Assembly: GCA_963713975.1 (NCBI GenBank)
Contig: OY970218.1
Coordinates: forward strand, 2,336,001-2,400,000
Direction of reading: 5' to 3'
DNA: 64,000 nucleotides
Origin: an uncultured Chloroflexia bacterium
Lineage (GTDB): Bacteria > Chloroflexota > Limnocylindria > Limnocylindrales > CSP1-4
Shown: piece after piece, positions 10,297 to 20,498 of the stretch
Numbering within the stretch: position 1 is the stretch's first letter
How the letters are laid out: every line of letters starts with the position of its first letter
Translations under genes and position numbers: made by a program
Notes under the pieces: model-generated
What the model saw: the letters and a program-made list of their open reading frames with translations, nothing else
What the model was told of the DNA's origin: nothing
Databases searched by the model: none

Positions 10297-10431
10297 CTAC
10301 CGGCGACCGAGCGTCGACCAGAGAAGGGGATTGTCCTTCTGGTTGCTCGGGCGTCGAGGCTCCTCGGTGCTCAGCACGATGCTGATGATCGAGAACACCG
10401 CGAGGAGCGCGAACACGGCAACGACGACCAT
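10297..10431 (-). CDS. 44-aa single-TM small protein MVVVAVFALLAVFSIISIVLSTEEPRRPSNQKDNPLLWSTLGRR (not in ORF track)
   Basis: GAAGGTG RBS, strong GC3 bias, own promoter and terminator. Confidence 0.75.
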   Translation of the reverse strand: MVVVAVFALLAVFSIISIVLSTEEPRRPSNQKDNPLLWSTLGRR

Positions 10432-10517
10432 GTATGCACCTTCGCTAACGGGGCCTGGCCGCGGACCATGGTGGGTCCCGCCGGCCGTTCCGGCGGGGTC
10501 GACACCCCGAAGTACCC

Positions 10518-10577
10518 TATGCTCCGCATCATACCTAAGAAATCAAGGCGCGACAACCATTCCGCCTAACGAATAGG
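10518..10577. promoter_or_regulatory. Overlapping divergent promoters with putative Lrp boxes
   Basis: Minus strand TTGTCG(10551-56)-N17-TATGAT(10528-33); plus strand TATGCT 10518-23; palindromes CCTAAGAAATCAAGG and CCTAACGAATAGG. Confidence 0.55.
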
Positions 10578-10583
10578 TACCAG

Positions 10584-11093
10584 GTGAGCAAGAACGTCCG
10601 TCTCAGCGACACCGATGCCCGGGTTCTCGACATTCTCCAGTCCGATGGCCGCCGTTCGTACGCGGACCTCGGCACCGAGCTCGGGATGGCCGGGCCGTCC
10701 GCCCACGAGCGGGTCAAGAAGCTCGAGTCGCGCGGCGTCATCCGCGGCTACTCGGCCGACGTGGATCCCGCGGCCGTGGGCCTGTCCGTCCTCGCCTTCA
10801 CCTGGGTCACCCAGGCGCCCGGCACCGTCGCCCTGGACCTGACGCCGGACTTCGCGGTGGTCCCCGAGATCGAGGAGTGCCACCACATCACCGGTGCCGC
10901 CGACTACATCCTCAAGATCCGCGCGCAGGACATGGATCACCTGGGCGCGATCGTCCGACGGGTGCAGACGACGCCGAACGTCTTCTCGACCGAGACGGAC
11001 GTCGTGTTCAGCACCGGGTTCGAGAACCGCCCGCTGCCGCTCGCGCCAGCGGGTGAGGACGCGGCGGGAACCGGGCGGCGCGGGATCGAGTAG
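10584..11093 (+). CDS. Lrp/AsnC family transcriptional regulator
   Basis: D.RVLDILQSDGRRSYADL HTH, RVKKLE..GVIRGY, ECHHITG..DY.LK. Confidence 0.95.
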   Translation: MSKNVRLSDTDARVLDILQSDGRRSYADLGTELGMAGPSAHERVKKLESRGVIRGYSADVDPAAVGLSVLAFTWVTQAPGTVALDLTPDFAVVPEIEECHHITGAADYILKIRAQDMDHLGAIVRRVQTTPNVFSTETDVVFSTGFENRPLPLAPAGEDAAGTGRRGIE

Positions 11094-11142
11094 GGGATCG
11101 ACCCGAGGCCCGCACGCGGCAGGCCAGGTGGTGCGTGATCCG

Positions 11143-11475
11143 TCAGGCGTGGTCGCCGGGGTCAGCCTCGAGAGAGTCCGGATCGCCGGTGGCGATGCGA
11201 TCCCGCTCCAGGGCCTTGAGCTCGGCCGGATCGACGAACGTGTCCGGGGGCGGGAACCCGAGGTAGCGGCGGTGCGCCCGGAGGACCTGCTCGGCCCGGT
11301 CCGCGTCAAGCTGCGGATCGTCGATGAGCCTCGCGATCCAGCCGGCCTCCGCGGCGACCTCGGCCTCGCCGATCTCCTCGTCCCGTCGGCGCGAGTCGGC
11401 CAGGATCAGCCACGTGAGGGCGCCGCCGACGACCACGCCGACGATCAGGAGCCACCAGTTGAAATCGGTGCTCAT
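11143..11475 (-). CDS. Hypothetical membrane-anchored protein
   Basis: N-terminal TM (FNWWLLIVGVVVGGALTWLIL), GC3 bias. Confidence 0.7.
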   Translation of the reverse strand: MSTDFNWWLLIVGVVVGGALTWLILADSRRRDEEIGEAEVAAEAGWIARLIDDPQLDADRAEQVLRAHRRYLGFPPPDTFVDPAELKALERDRIATGDPDSLEADPGDHA

Positions 11476-11570
11476 CGCCCGGCCCGACCGCGGGTGAGGA
11501 CAGAGGACTGCATCGCGGCCGAGGATAGCCGACCCGGCACGGCCGCGCGACGGGCCCTACACTCCCGTCG

Positions 11571-12593
11571 ATGCCCATCCTGCTGTCGCCCTTCCTGCTG
11601 CCGATCATCGCGCTGATCCAGGTCACTCCCCAGCCGGTGGCGTTCCAGCTGGGACCCATCCCGGTCTACTGGTACGGGCTGTGCTACGCGGCAGGCCTCG
11701 CGGCCACCTACTGGGTGATCACGAGGGAGGCGCGGCGTCGGGGGCTGAACGCGCGTCTCGTGGACAACGGGATCATCATCGTCGGCATCGCCGCGCTGAT
11801 CGGCGGCCGCCTGTATCACGTCATCGACCAGTGGCAGCTCTACCAGGACGACTTTCTCAAGATCGTCACGCCGCCCTACACCGGCCTCGGCGTCTATGGC
11901 GGCATCCTCACCGGCACAGTGGTCGCCTGGCTCCTGATGCGTCACTGGCACCAGTCCTTCTGGCGCTGGGCCGACGTGATCGCCCCCGGCATCTTCGTGA
12001 TGCAGGCCATCGGCCGCTGGGGCAACTTCTTCAACCAGGAGCTCTACGGTCCGCCGACCGACCTGCCGTGGGGCATCACGATCGAGTGCGCGTACCGGGT
12101 GCCCGCCTATCCGTGCACGACCTTCCCGTTCGCCACCACCGGCTTCCAGCCCCTGTTCCTGTATGAGTCCATCAGCGGCCTGCTGGGGGCCGTCACCCTG
12201 CTCTGGCTGGCTCGCCGGTACGGACCCCGGATGCGGCCGGGCGACCTGTTTCTGATCTTCCTCATCTGGTACGCCGCGGTGCGCCTTGGTCTCGAGACGC
12301 TGCGGACGGGCAACTGGACGCTCTTTGGGGTTCCCACGGCGATGCTCGTTTCCGCGGCCGTGATCATCGGAACAATGCTGGTGCTGGTGATCCGCCACCG
12401 TCCGCGGGCTGCGGAGGGCGACCGCTGGGGTGACCCGCCTCCGGCCGGGACCGACGCCGGCGACGAGTCCGGCATCGACGGTGACATCGGCACCGAGGCT
12501 GGCATCGGCACCGAGGCTGGCATCGGCACCGAGACCGCCGATGCGCTCATGGACGGCGAGCGACCCCCGGTCGACAACGGCGATGGGGCCTGA
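11571..12593 (+). CDS. lgt: Prolipoprotein diacylglyceryl transferase
   Basis: WYGL, GGRLYHV, QAIGRWGNFFNQELYG, PLFLYES, Y...R...E..R. Confidence 0.95.
   Translation: MPILLSPFLLPIIALIQVTPQPVAFQLGPIPVYWYGLCYAAGLAATYWVITREARRRGLNARLVDNGIIIVGIAALIGGRLYHVIDQWQLYQDDFLKIVTPPYTGLGVYGGILTGTVVAWLLMRHWHQSFWRWADVIAPGIFVMQAIGRWGNFFNQELYGPPTDLPWGITIECAYRVPAYPCTTFPFATTGFQPLFLYESISGLLGAVTLLWLARRYGPRMRPGDLFLIFLIWYAAVRLGLETLRTGNWTLFGVPTAMLVSAAVIIGTMLVLVIRHRPRAAEGDRWGDPPPAGTDAGDESGIDGDIGTEAGIGTEAGIGTETADALMDGERPPVDNGDGA
12485..12533 (+). repeat. 18-bp tandem repeat (about 2.7 copies) encoding IGTEAG in the Lgt tail
   Basis: CATCGGCACCGAGGCTGG x2 plus CATCGGCACCGAG. Confidence 0.9.
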
Positions 12594-13572
12594 CCCCAGG
12601 ACCCCCGGCCAGACCGACTCGCCCGAGCCCATGGCCGAGCCAGCAGAATCCGACGCCCCGGCCAACGCGGGCTCCGACCCCGAGCATCACAACGCAGCTG
12701 GCGCCGCGAAACCCCGGCGCCCGCCCTCGCGCCTGACCCCCGACGTCCTCGAGGCCGGACGGCAGGCCGGCGCCCGGGAGGGCCTCGGGTGGCTGGGCCG
12801 CGAACCGGAGTCGCGCGCCTCCTTCCTCTACCGGATCCTGCGGCTCGTCGCGCGCTTCGTCATTTTCGTGGTCTTCCGGTTCCGGATCGAGACGTCCGGC
12901 CGGGAGCTCCTGCCGCATCGTGGGGGGTACCTCCTGATCGGGGCAGCGCACCGCGGCTGGATGGACCCGTTCGTGGTGATGCACGCGATCCCCGCCGAGC
13001 CCCGGGCCTGGTTCCTGGGCAGCGGACCGTCCACCTTCACCTCGAGGTGGCGGGAACGCCTGATCCACCGCCTCGGAGGGCTGCTGCCCGTATGGCGCGG
13101 CGGCCTGGGCGTGGAGGGCCACGTCGCCTCGGCACGGGCCGTGGTGGGCAACGATGGCGTCTTCGTCCAGATGCCGGAGGGGACCGTGAGCGGACCCCCG
13201 GGGCGCCTCGGGCCGTTCCGTCCCGGCGCGGCGCTCATCGCCATCCGGACGGGAGCGCCGATCGTGCCACTGGCGATGACAGGAACGGAGGAGCTGTACA
13301 TCGGGCGCCGGATGGCGTCAAAGGTCCTCGCCCCGACCTCTGCGCGGGCGCTCCTTGGCGACGCCCTGGGTGGTGTGCCGCCTGAGGAGGGGAGCCGCGA
13401 GGAGCTGGAGCTGGCGAAGACGCTCTCGGACCGGCTGGCGGCGCTGCTGGGTCCGGAGGTAGAGGCCATGCACCCGTTGACCATGGACCCGCCGGATCAC
13501 CCGAGACGGCTCCGCAAGCGGCTCACATGGCTGTTCCTGAGGCCGGGCCGGCTCGATCGGGACGAGGCCTGA
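12583..13572 (+). CDS. Lysophospholipid acyltransferase (PlsC family)
   Basis: HxxxxD (HRGWMD), MPEGT, PIVP. Confidence 0.88.
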   Translation: MGPDPRTPGQTDSPEPMAEPAESDAPANAGSDPEHHNAAGAAKPRRPPSRLTPDVLEAGRQAGAREGLGWLGREPESRASFLYRILRLVARFVIFVVFRFRIETSGRELLPHRGGYLLIGAAHRGWMDPFVVMHAIPAEPRAWFLGSGPSTFTSRWRERLIHRLGGLLPVWRGGLGVEGHVASARAVVGNDGVFVQMPEGTVSGPPGRLGPFRPGAALIAIRTGAPIVPLAMTGTEELYIGRRMASKVLAPTSARALLGDALGGVPPEEGSREELELAKTLSDRLAALLGPEVEAMHPLTMDPPDHPRRLRKRLTWLFLRPGRLDRDEA

Positions 13573-13799
13573 GCCATGCCGCGCGCGCCCGAGCCGGATC
13601 CGCCCAGCCGGCGCGCGGTGCCTGCCTTGGGGCCGAACGGCCTTCGCCCGACCGTTGCCCGACCCGCTACAATTCCCCGCAACTTAATCGCAACCTTGAC
13701 TGCGAAAGCCGACTCTCGGGCCCCATCGCCCGTCATGCGCGGCCGGTCATGCACCCATCGCGGTCACCTGTGTCCGCGCTGCAGCCGAGGTATCCGATC

Positions 13800-15398
13800 A
13801 TGACGTCCACCACCCCCGCTGCCGCCACCGCCATCGGCGGCACTATCGTGGCCAACCTTCCCGTCGCCGAGCTCTATGAGCGCGCCATCCGCGCCGGCGA
13901 GGGCACCATCGCCGCTGAGGGCCCGCTCGTCGTCCGCACGGGTCAGCACACCGGCCGTTCCCCCAAGGACAAGTTCGTGGTCCGCGAGCCCTGGAGCCAG
14001 GACAAGGTCTGGTGGGGCGAGGTCAACCACGAGATCAGCGAGGAGCACTACGACCGGCTCCGCGCCCGCCTCGTGGAGTACGTCGCGGACAAGCAACTCT
14101 ACGCGCAGGACATGTACATCAGCGCGCACGAGTCGCACCGCCGCAGCCTGCGCGTCTACACCGAGACCGCGTGGGCCAGCATCTTCGCCCGCAACCTGTT
14201 CCGGCGCCCGCCGCAGGAGGACCTTGCGTCCTTCGTGCCCAACTTCACGATCATCAACGTGCCCAGCTTCGAGGCGGATCCGGCCACCGAGGGGACCCGG
14301 ACCAGCACCGCGATCCTGCTCCACCTGCAGCGGATGGAGATCATCATCGTCGGCACCATGTACGCGGGCGAGATCAAGAAGTCCGCGTTCACGGTCATGA
14401 ACTACCTCATGCCGGACGAGGGCGTGCTGCCGATGCACTCCTCGATCAACGTGGGCAAGGACGGCGATTCCGTCATCTTCTTCGGGCTCAGCGGCACCGG
14501 CAAGACGACCCTGTCCGCGGACCCGGAGCGCAGCCTCATCGGCGACGACGAGCACGGCTGGGGCGATGGCTACACCTTCAATTTCGAGGGCGGCTGCTAC
14601 GCCAAGACGATCCGCCTGTCCTCGATGTACGAGCCGGACATCTTCGCGACCACCAAGCGCTTCGGGACGATTCTCGAGAACACGGACATGATCCCGGAGA
14701 CGCGTGAGCTCGACCTGGACTCCGAGCGGTTCACCGAGAACACCCGTGCGGCCTACCCGCTCCACTTCATCGGCAACGCCGATGCGACGGGTGTTGCGCC
14801 CGGGCCCGACCACGTCGTGTTCCTGACCGCCGATGCCTTCGGTGTCCTGCCGCCCATCAGCAGGCTCACCCGGGAGCAGGCGGCCTACCACTTCATCAGC
14901 GGCTATACGGCCAAGCTCGCCGGCACCGAGATCGGCGTCAAGGAGCCGACCGCCACGTTCTCGGCCGGTTTCGGGGCCCCGTTCCTGCCGCGTCACCCCG
15001 GCGAGTACGCGCACATGCTGGTGGATCGGCTGGACCAGTTCGACGTCCCGGTCTGGCTCGTCAACACCGGCTGGACCGGGGGCCCGTATGGCACCGGCCA
15101 CCGGATGAACATCGCCCACACCCGGAACATGGTGAGGGCAGCGATCAACGGGGAGCTGGACGGCGTCGAGACGGTGATGGATCCGGTCTTCCGGGTGGCC
15201 GTCCCGGTGACCGTGCCGGGCGTCCCCGACGAGATCCTGGTCCCGCGCAACACCTGGTCGGACAAGGGCGCCTACGACGAGGCAGCCCACCGGATCGCGG
15301 TGATGTTCCACGAGAACTTCGCCAAGTACGCGGATGGCGTGTCCGAGGGCATCCGCAATGCGGGCCCGACCGCCGTGGACCCGTCGGTCGAAGCCTAG
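13800..15398 (+). CDS. pckA: Phosphoenolpyruvate carboxykinase (ATP)
   Basis: TGRSPKDK, YAGEIKK, GLSGTGKTTLS, IGDDEHGW, FEGGCYAK, ENTRAAYP. Confidence 0.97.
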   Translation: MTSTTPAAATAIGGTIVANLPVAELYERAIRAGEGTIAAEGPLVVRTGQHTGRSPKDKFVVREPWSQDKVWWGEVNHEISEEHYDRLRARLVEYVADKQLYAQDMYISAHESHRRSLRVYTETAWASIFARNLFRRPPQEDLASFVPNFTIINVPSFEADPATEGTRTSTAILLHLQRMEIIIVGTMYAGEIKKSAFTVMNYLMPDEGVLPMHSSINVGKDGDSVIFFGLSGTGKTTLSADPERSLIGDDEHGWGDGYTFNFEGGCYAKTIRLSSMYEPDIFATTKRFGTILENTDMIPETRELDLDSERFTENTRAAYPLHFIGNADATGVAPGPDHVVFLTADAFGVLPPISRLTREQAAYHFISGYTAKLAGTEIGVKEPTATFSAGFGAPFLPRHPGEYAHMLVDRLDQFDVPVWLVNTGWTGGPYGTGHRMNIAHTRNMVRAAINGELDGVETVMDPVFRVAVPVTVPGVPDEILVPRNTWSDKGAYDEAAHRIAVMFHENFAKYADGVSEGIRNAGPTAVDPSVEA

Positions 15399-16412
<1,014 letters not shown>

Positions 16413-16429
16413 CGCACCCGGCCACCCGG

Positions 16430-16459
16430 CGCTCCCGACCCGATCCGGGAGCGTTTCGT
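16430..16459 (+). terminator. Intrinsic terminator after mdh
   Basis: CGCTCCCG...CGGGAGCG stem followed by TTTCGT. Confidence 0.65.
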
Positions 16460-16519
16460 GGTGCGCGAGCGCACCGGGTACGGCGCCCACGCACCGGAAA
16501 CCGCGCAGGCGCCGTACCG

Positions 16520-16535
16520 TGGGACGAATTTCACA
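16520..16535. promoter_or_regulatory. CRP/FNR- (or Rex-) like site TGGGA-N6-TCACA upstream of the S8 protease promoter
   Basis: One mismatch to TGTGA-N6-TCACA; candidate -10 TAGGCT at 16560-16565. Confidence 0.5.
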
Positions 16536-16687
16536 TGCTCGCGCCGTCGTGAGTGCGAGTAGGCTGTGCCTCGCGCCGGCGGATGACTGGCCGGCCCCGC
16601 ATGACCCGGATTCGCTTTGCCCGCGGATCCCTGCACGCTGTGGCGCATCGGCGCCCGAGGAGTCCAGGCATCGCCTGGGGGAGGACC

Positions 16688-19600
16688 ATGAACCGGAGGC
16701 TGGTAGCCGCACTCGCCGGCTCCATCATGCTCGTTGCCACGATGCTGCCCGTGACGGCGATGGCGGCAGGCCCGACCCGCAAGGTCGAGCGAGTCCAGAT
16801 CGGCAACATCGATCCCTCGTTCCGCCCCTACCTGGCGGACACCAAGCGCCAGCTCACGGTGGTGCTCCAGCTGGCCGACGACCCGGCCCTCGCGGTCGAC
16901 GGGCTGTCGAAGGCGCAGCAGAAGACCCGTGCCGGGTCCCTGCGCACCAAGCAGCAGGGCCTGGACAAGAAGATCAGCGCCGCCGGCGGCAAGGTCACCG
17001 GCCGCTACCAGTACGCCTATAACGGCATCCGCGTCCGTGCCACCGGCAAGCGCCTGAAGGACCTCGCCGCGATCGCGGGCGTGGTCGCGATCCGGCCCCT
17101 CAAGACCTACACGATCGACAATGTCCGCGCCGTTCCGTACGTCGGTGCGCCCGCGGCATGGCAGGCCAACGGCGCCACCGGCGAAGGCGTGACGATCGCC
17201 GTCATCGACACCGGGATCGACTACACGCACGCCGACTTCGGGGGCCCCGGCACCTCGGCTGCCTACGACGCGAACAACCCGACCGTGATCGAGCCAGGCT
17301 CGTTCCCGACCGGCAAGGTCATCGCCGGCTACGACTTCGCCGGCAACGACTACAACGCGGACAGTGACGGCAGTGCCGCGACGCCCACCCCGGATGCGGA
17401 TCCCCTCGACTGCGGCGACCACGGCTCGCACGTCTCCGGCACCGCGGCCGGACAGGGCGTCCTTGCCAACCACTCGACCTACGCCGGACCCTATGACGAG
17501 TCCATCTACGCCGACAGTGGCAAGTTCACCGTGGGTCCGGGCGTGGCGCCCGAGGCCAAGCTTGTCGCCCTCAAGGTCTTCGGATGCGAGGGCTCCACGA
17601 GCCTCGTCGTCGACGCCCTCGAGTGGGTCGCCGCGTACAACGTGTCGCATGCCGATGGCATCGACGTCGTGAACATGTCGCTCGGCGCGCCGTTCGGCTC
17701 CAACACGGATCCCGACGCCATCGCCACCAACAACCTGGTCGATACGGGCGTCGTCGTCGTGGCATCCGCCGGCAACGAGAGCAGCGTTCCCTACATCACG
17801 GGCGCCCCGGCTGCGGCCACCCAGGCCATCTCGGTCGCCGCGCTCGACGCCTTCCCGACGGTGCCGCTCGCGACCGTGGATCTCCCCGGCGCCAACGACA
17901 TCCCGGGCATCAACCAGAACGCCTATCCGGCGTTGCCGGTGAGCGGCACGCTGCACGCGGTGACCCTCGCCCCCAACGAGTTGAGCCTCGGCTGCACCGC
18001 GGCCGACTACGACCCGGTCTCGGCCGGCAAGATCGTGGTGGTCCGGCGCGGTGTCTGCGCGTTCGTGGACAAGGGCGCCGCGGCCGAGGCGGCCGGGGCC
18101 ATCGGCATCATCGTCGTCAACCGTACCGACACGAACCCGGGCGAGTTGCCGACCTTCATCGGCTACAACCCCGAGATCTTCGAGATCCCGATGGTCGGGA
18201 CCGACCTGACCGCGGACGCGGCGTTGATCGCAGATGACGGCAACGCCGTGACTCTCAAGTCGGCCGGCAGTTCTCCGAACCCCACCTACCAGCAGATCGC
18301 CGACTTCAGCTCGTCCGGCCCGCGCTATGCCGACGGCTGGCTCAAGCCGGATGTGGCCGCTCCGGGCGTGAACCTGATGTCCGCCCTGAACGGTTCCGGC
18401 TGGAACGGCACCACCTACTCCGGCACCTCCATGGCCGCCCCGGTGACGGCCGGCGTGGCAGCCCTCGTTCGCGAGGCCCACCCCGCCTGGTCGCCGTTGC
18501 GGGTCAAGGCCGCTATCGCCAACACGGCGGATGCGAGCGACTCGATCGTCGACTACGACCCGCTGCGCTCCGGCGCCGGTGTCGTCCAGGCCGACCGCGC
18601 CGTGTCCACGGCCGTGCTGGCCACCACCAGCGATCGCACAGCGAGCCTGTCGTTCGGGTATGAGCCGGTTAACGGCTCCTACTCGGAGAGCAAGTGGATC
18701 AAGCTCACCAACACCGGTTCACGGGATGCCTGGTACACGCTCGAGGCATCCTCGCCGCTGGTCAAGGTCTACCCGTCCAAGGTCAAGGTCAGGGCTCGCA
18801 ACTCGACCTCGGTCCTGGTGCGCGCGTACCTGTCCAAGTCGCAGGTCGCGGCGCTCCCGTCGGCCGACCAGTTCCTGACCGGTGACATCGGCGGCCTGAG
18901 CACGCTGTCGGGCGTGGTGACCGCCACCCCGTACCGCACGAGCGCGGCCGGCGTCTACTCGCTCCGCGTGCCCTACCTGCTGGTCCCGCGCGGCCTGTCG
19001 GACGTGTCCGCGGAGTTCAAGGCACAGTCCTCGTCCAAGGGGCACTCGTCATCCACGAGTGACCTGGTCGGGGCGCTCTCGCTCCGGAACTCCGGTATCC
19101 ACAGCGGCTATGCCGACACCTACGCCCTCGGTGTCAAGGACGCCAAGGGTGATGGCACCAACGGCACCGACGTCCGCGCGGTGGGTGTCCAGACCCTGCC
19201 CGGCGAGGTGTTCGGTGCGGACGCTTCCGACCGGGGCATCCAGTTCGCGATCAACATGTACGACCGCTTCGCCACCGCCGCGCCGAACGAGGTCGACGTC
19301 GCGGTCGACACGGATGCTGACGGCCAGCCGGACTACTACGTGGTCGGCATCGACGATGGCCTCCTCTTCGCCGGGGCCTACGACGGCGTGTACATCAGCG
19401 TGATCTTCGACGCCGAGACGTTCGACATCGTCGACGCCTGGCTTGCCGACGCGCCGATGAACGGCTCGACGCTGATCCTGCCGGCTCTTGCCAGCGACCT
19501 CGGCCTGGCCGAGGGGTCCGGGTCGTTCACCTACTGGGTGGCGGCATATGACGGGTTCACGGGCGCGGTCGACGAGACCGGTGTCTCCGCTGCGTTCGAC

Positions 19601-19804
19601 GCCTACGCCCCGGCGCAGTCCACGGGCGACTTCGTCGAGGTGCCCGCCAAGGGCAAGGTCAGTGTTCCCGCGTCGGCCACCAAGCCCGGCAAGGACTTTG
19701 GGGGATGGATGGTCGTCACCATGGACGACCGGAATGGCGCCAGCCAGGCTGACATCGTCCTGCCACCCAAGGACCACGGTCACGATCACGGCCACGGCCA
19801 CTGA
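16688..19804 (+). CDS. Secreted S8 subtilase (Vpr/C5a-peptidase-like) with I9 prodomain, PA domain and C-terminal beta domains
   Basis: Signal peptide; catalytic IDTG, DHGSHVSG, GTSMA; PA motif VRRGVCAFVDK; His-Gly tail. Confidence 0.93.
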   Translation: MNRRLVAALAGSIMLVATMLPVTAMAAGPTRKVERVQIGNIDPSFRPYLADTKRQLTVVLQLADDPALAVDGLSKAQQKTRAGSLRTKQQGLDKKISAAGGKVTGRYQYAYNGIRVRATGKRLKDLAAIAGVVAIRPLKTYTIDNVRAVPYVGAPAAWQANGATGEGVTIAVIDTGIDYTHADFGGPGTSAAYDANNPTVIEPGSFPTGKVIAGYDFAGNDYNADSDGSAATPTPDADPLDCGDHGSHVSGTAAGQGVLANHSTYAGPYDESIYADSGKFTVGPGVAPEAKLVALKVFGCEGSTSLVVDALEWVAAYNVSHADGIDVVNMSLGAPFGSNTDPDAIATNNLVDTGVVVVASAGNESSVPYITGAPAAATQAISVAALDAFPTVPLATVDLPGANDIPGINQNAYPALPVSGTLHAVTLAPNELSLGCTAADYDPVSAGKIVVVRRGVCAFVDKGAAAEAAGAIGIIVVNRTDTNPGELPTFIGYNPEIFEIPMVGTDLTADAALIADDGNAVTLKSAGSSPNPTYQQIADFSSSGPRYADGWLKPDVAAPGVNLMSALNGSGWNGTTYSGTSMAAPVTAGVAALVREAHPAWSPLRVKAAIANTADASDSIVDYDPLRSGAGVVQADRAVSTAVLATTSDRTASLSFGYEPVNGSYSESKWIKLTNTGSRDAWYTLEASSPLVKVYPSKVKVRARNSTSVLVRAYLSKSQVAALPSADQFLTGDIGGLSTLSGVVTATPYRTSAAGVYSLRVPYLLVPRGLSDVSAEFKAQSSSKGHSSSTSDLVGALSLRNSGIHSGYADTYALGVKDAKGDGTNGTDVRAVGVQTLPGEVFGADASDRGIQFAINMYDRFATAAPNEVDVAVDTDADGQPDYYVVGIDDGLLFAGAYDGVYISVIFDAETFDIVDAWLADAPMNGSTLILPALASDLGLAEGSGSFTYWVAAYDGFTGAVDETGVSAAFDAYAPAQSTGDFVEVPAKGKVSVPASATKPGKDFGGWMVVTMDDRNGASQADIVLPPKDHGHDHGHGH

Positions 19805-19859
19805 GCATCGGCCAACCGGCCATCGGCCGGCAGCATTCTGGCGCAACACGGTGCTCGGC

Positions 19860-20378
19860 TCAGCCCGGGCCCGGCGGATCCTCGCACCACCTGACGTCAC
19901 CCTGCTGGGTGGCCCGGTAGTCGTAGCGCTGCCCGCCGGCCTCCACGACGACGCGGTAGCCCGGGGTGACCGCATCCGTGTACATGAACCCGCGCACCGG
20001 GCACCCCAGGGCGCCGTTGGGCCAGGTCATGGACTGGGTCGATACGACCGTGACCGTCGTCGGGTCCACGCCGGCGCGGGCCGCCGCGTCGTCCACGGCC
20101 GCCTGGATCACGTCGGGCGGGACCCCCTCGCCGGGGTCCCCCGAGCCCGGGAGAACGGGCACCCGAGTGATCCCCGGCTTCACGGTGACGTCAGGGACGG
20201 GGGTGAGGTCCGCGCCGCCGGCCGGGGAGGTGGCCGTCTCCGCTGGTTCATCGGTGGGTGCAGCGGGGCTCGCCGGGGTGGCGCCGCCCGCAGCGCAGCC
20301 GGCGGCCGAGAGGGCCAGGAGCGCTGAGATCGCGAGTCCGCGGGCGATGCTCCCGCGCGTTCCGGTGCTGGTCTTCAT
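19860..20378 (-). CDS. Conserved hypothetical lipoprotein
   Basis: Lipobox AAGC, Pro/Thr linker, WPNGALGCP...Y.....PGY....Y.Y motif. Confidence 0.8.
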   Translation of the reverse strand: MKTSTGTRGSIARGLAISALLALSAAGCAAGGATPASPAAPTDEPAETATSPAGGADLTPVPDVTVKPGITRVPVLPGSGDPGEGVPPDVIQAAVDDAAARAGVDPTTVTVVSTQSMTWPNGALGCPVRGFMYTDAVTPGYRVVVEAGGQRYDYRATQQGDVRWCEDPPGPG

Positions 20379-20498
20379 GCCGATCGGACGGTCTCCTTTG
20401 CGCCGTGGTTCCACGGAGGCCTCCCGATTCCACCATACGCGGCCGGATCACGTCGACTCGCCGGCGGGAGCCCGGTGGCACGGTAGACTGCGGCCGTC

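Noticed and set aside
10371-10556. Overlapping 61-aa minus-strand ORF / possible uORF
   Set aside because: Starts upstream of the predicted transcription start, has poor codon bias, and the 44-aa frame has the RBS and TM signal
12485-12533. Short direct repeats as a possible CRISPR array
   Set aside because: No spacers, in-frame coding repeat, and no cas genes
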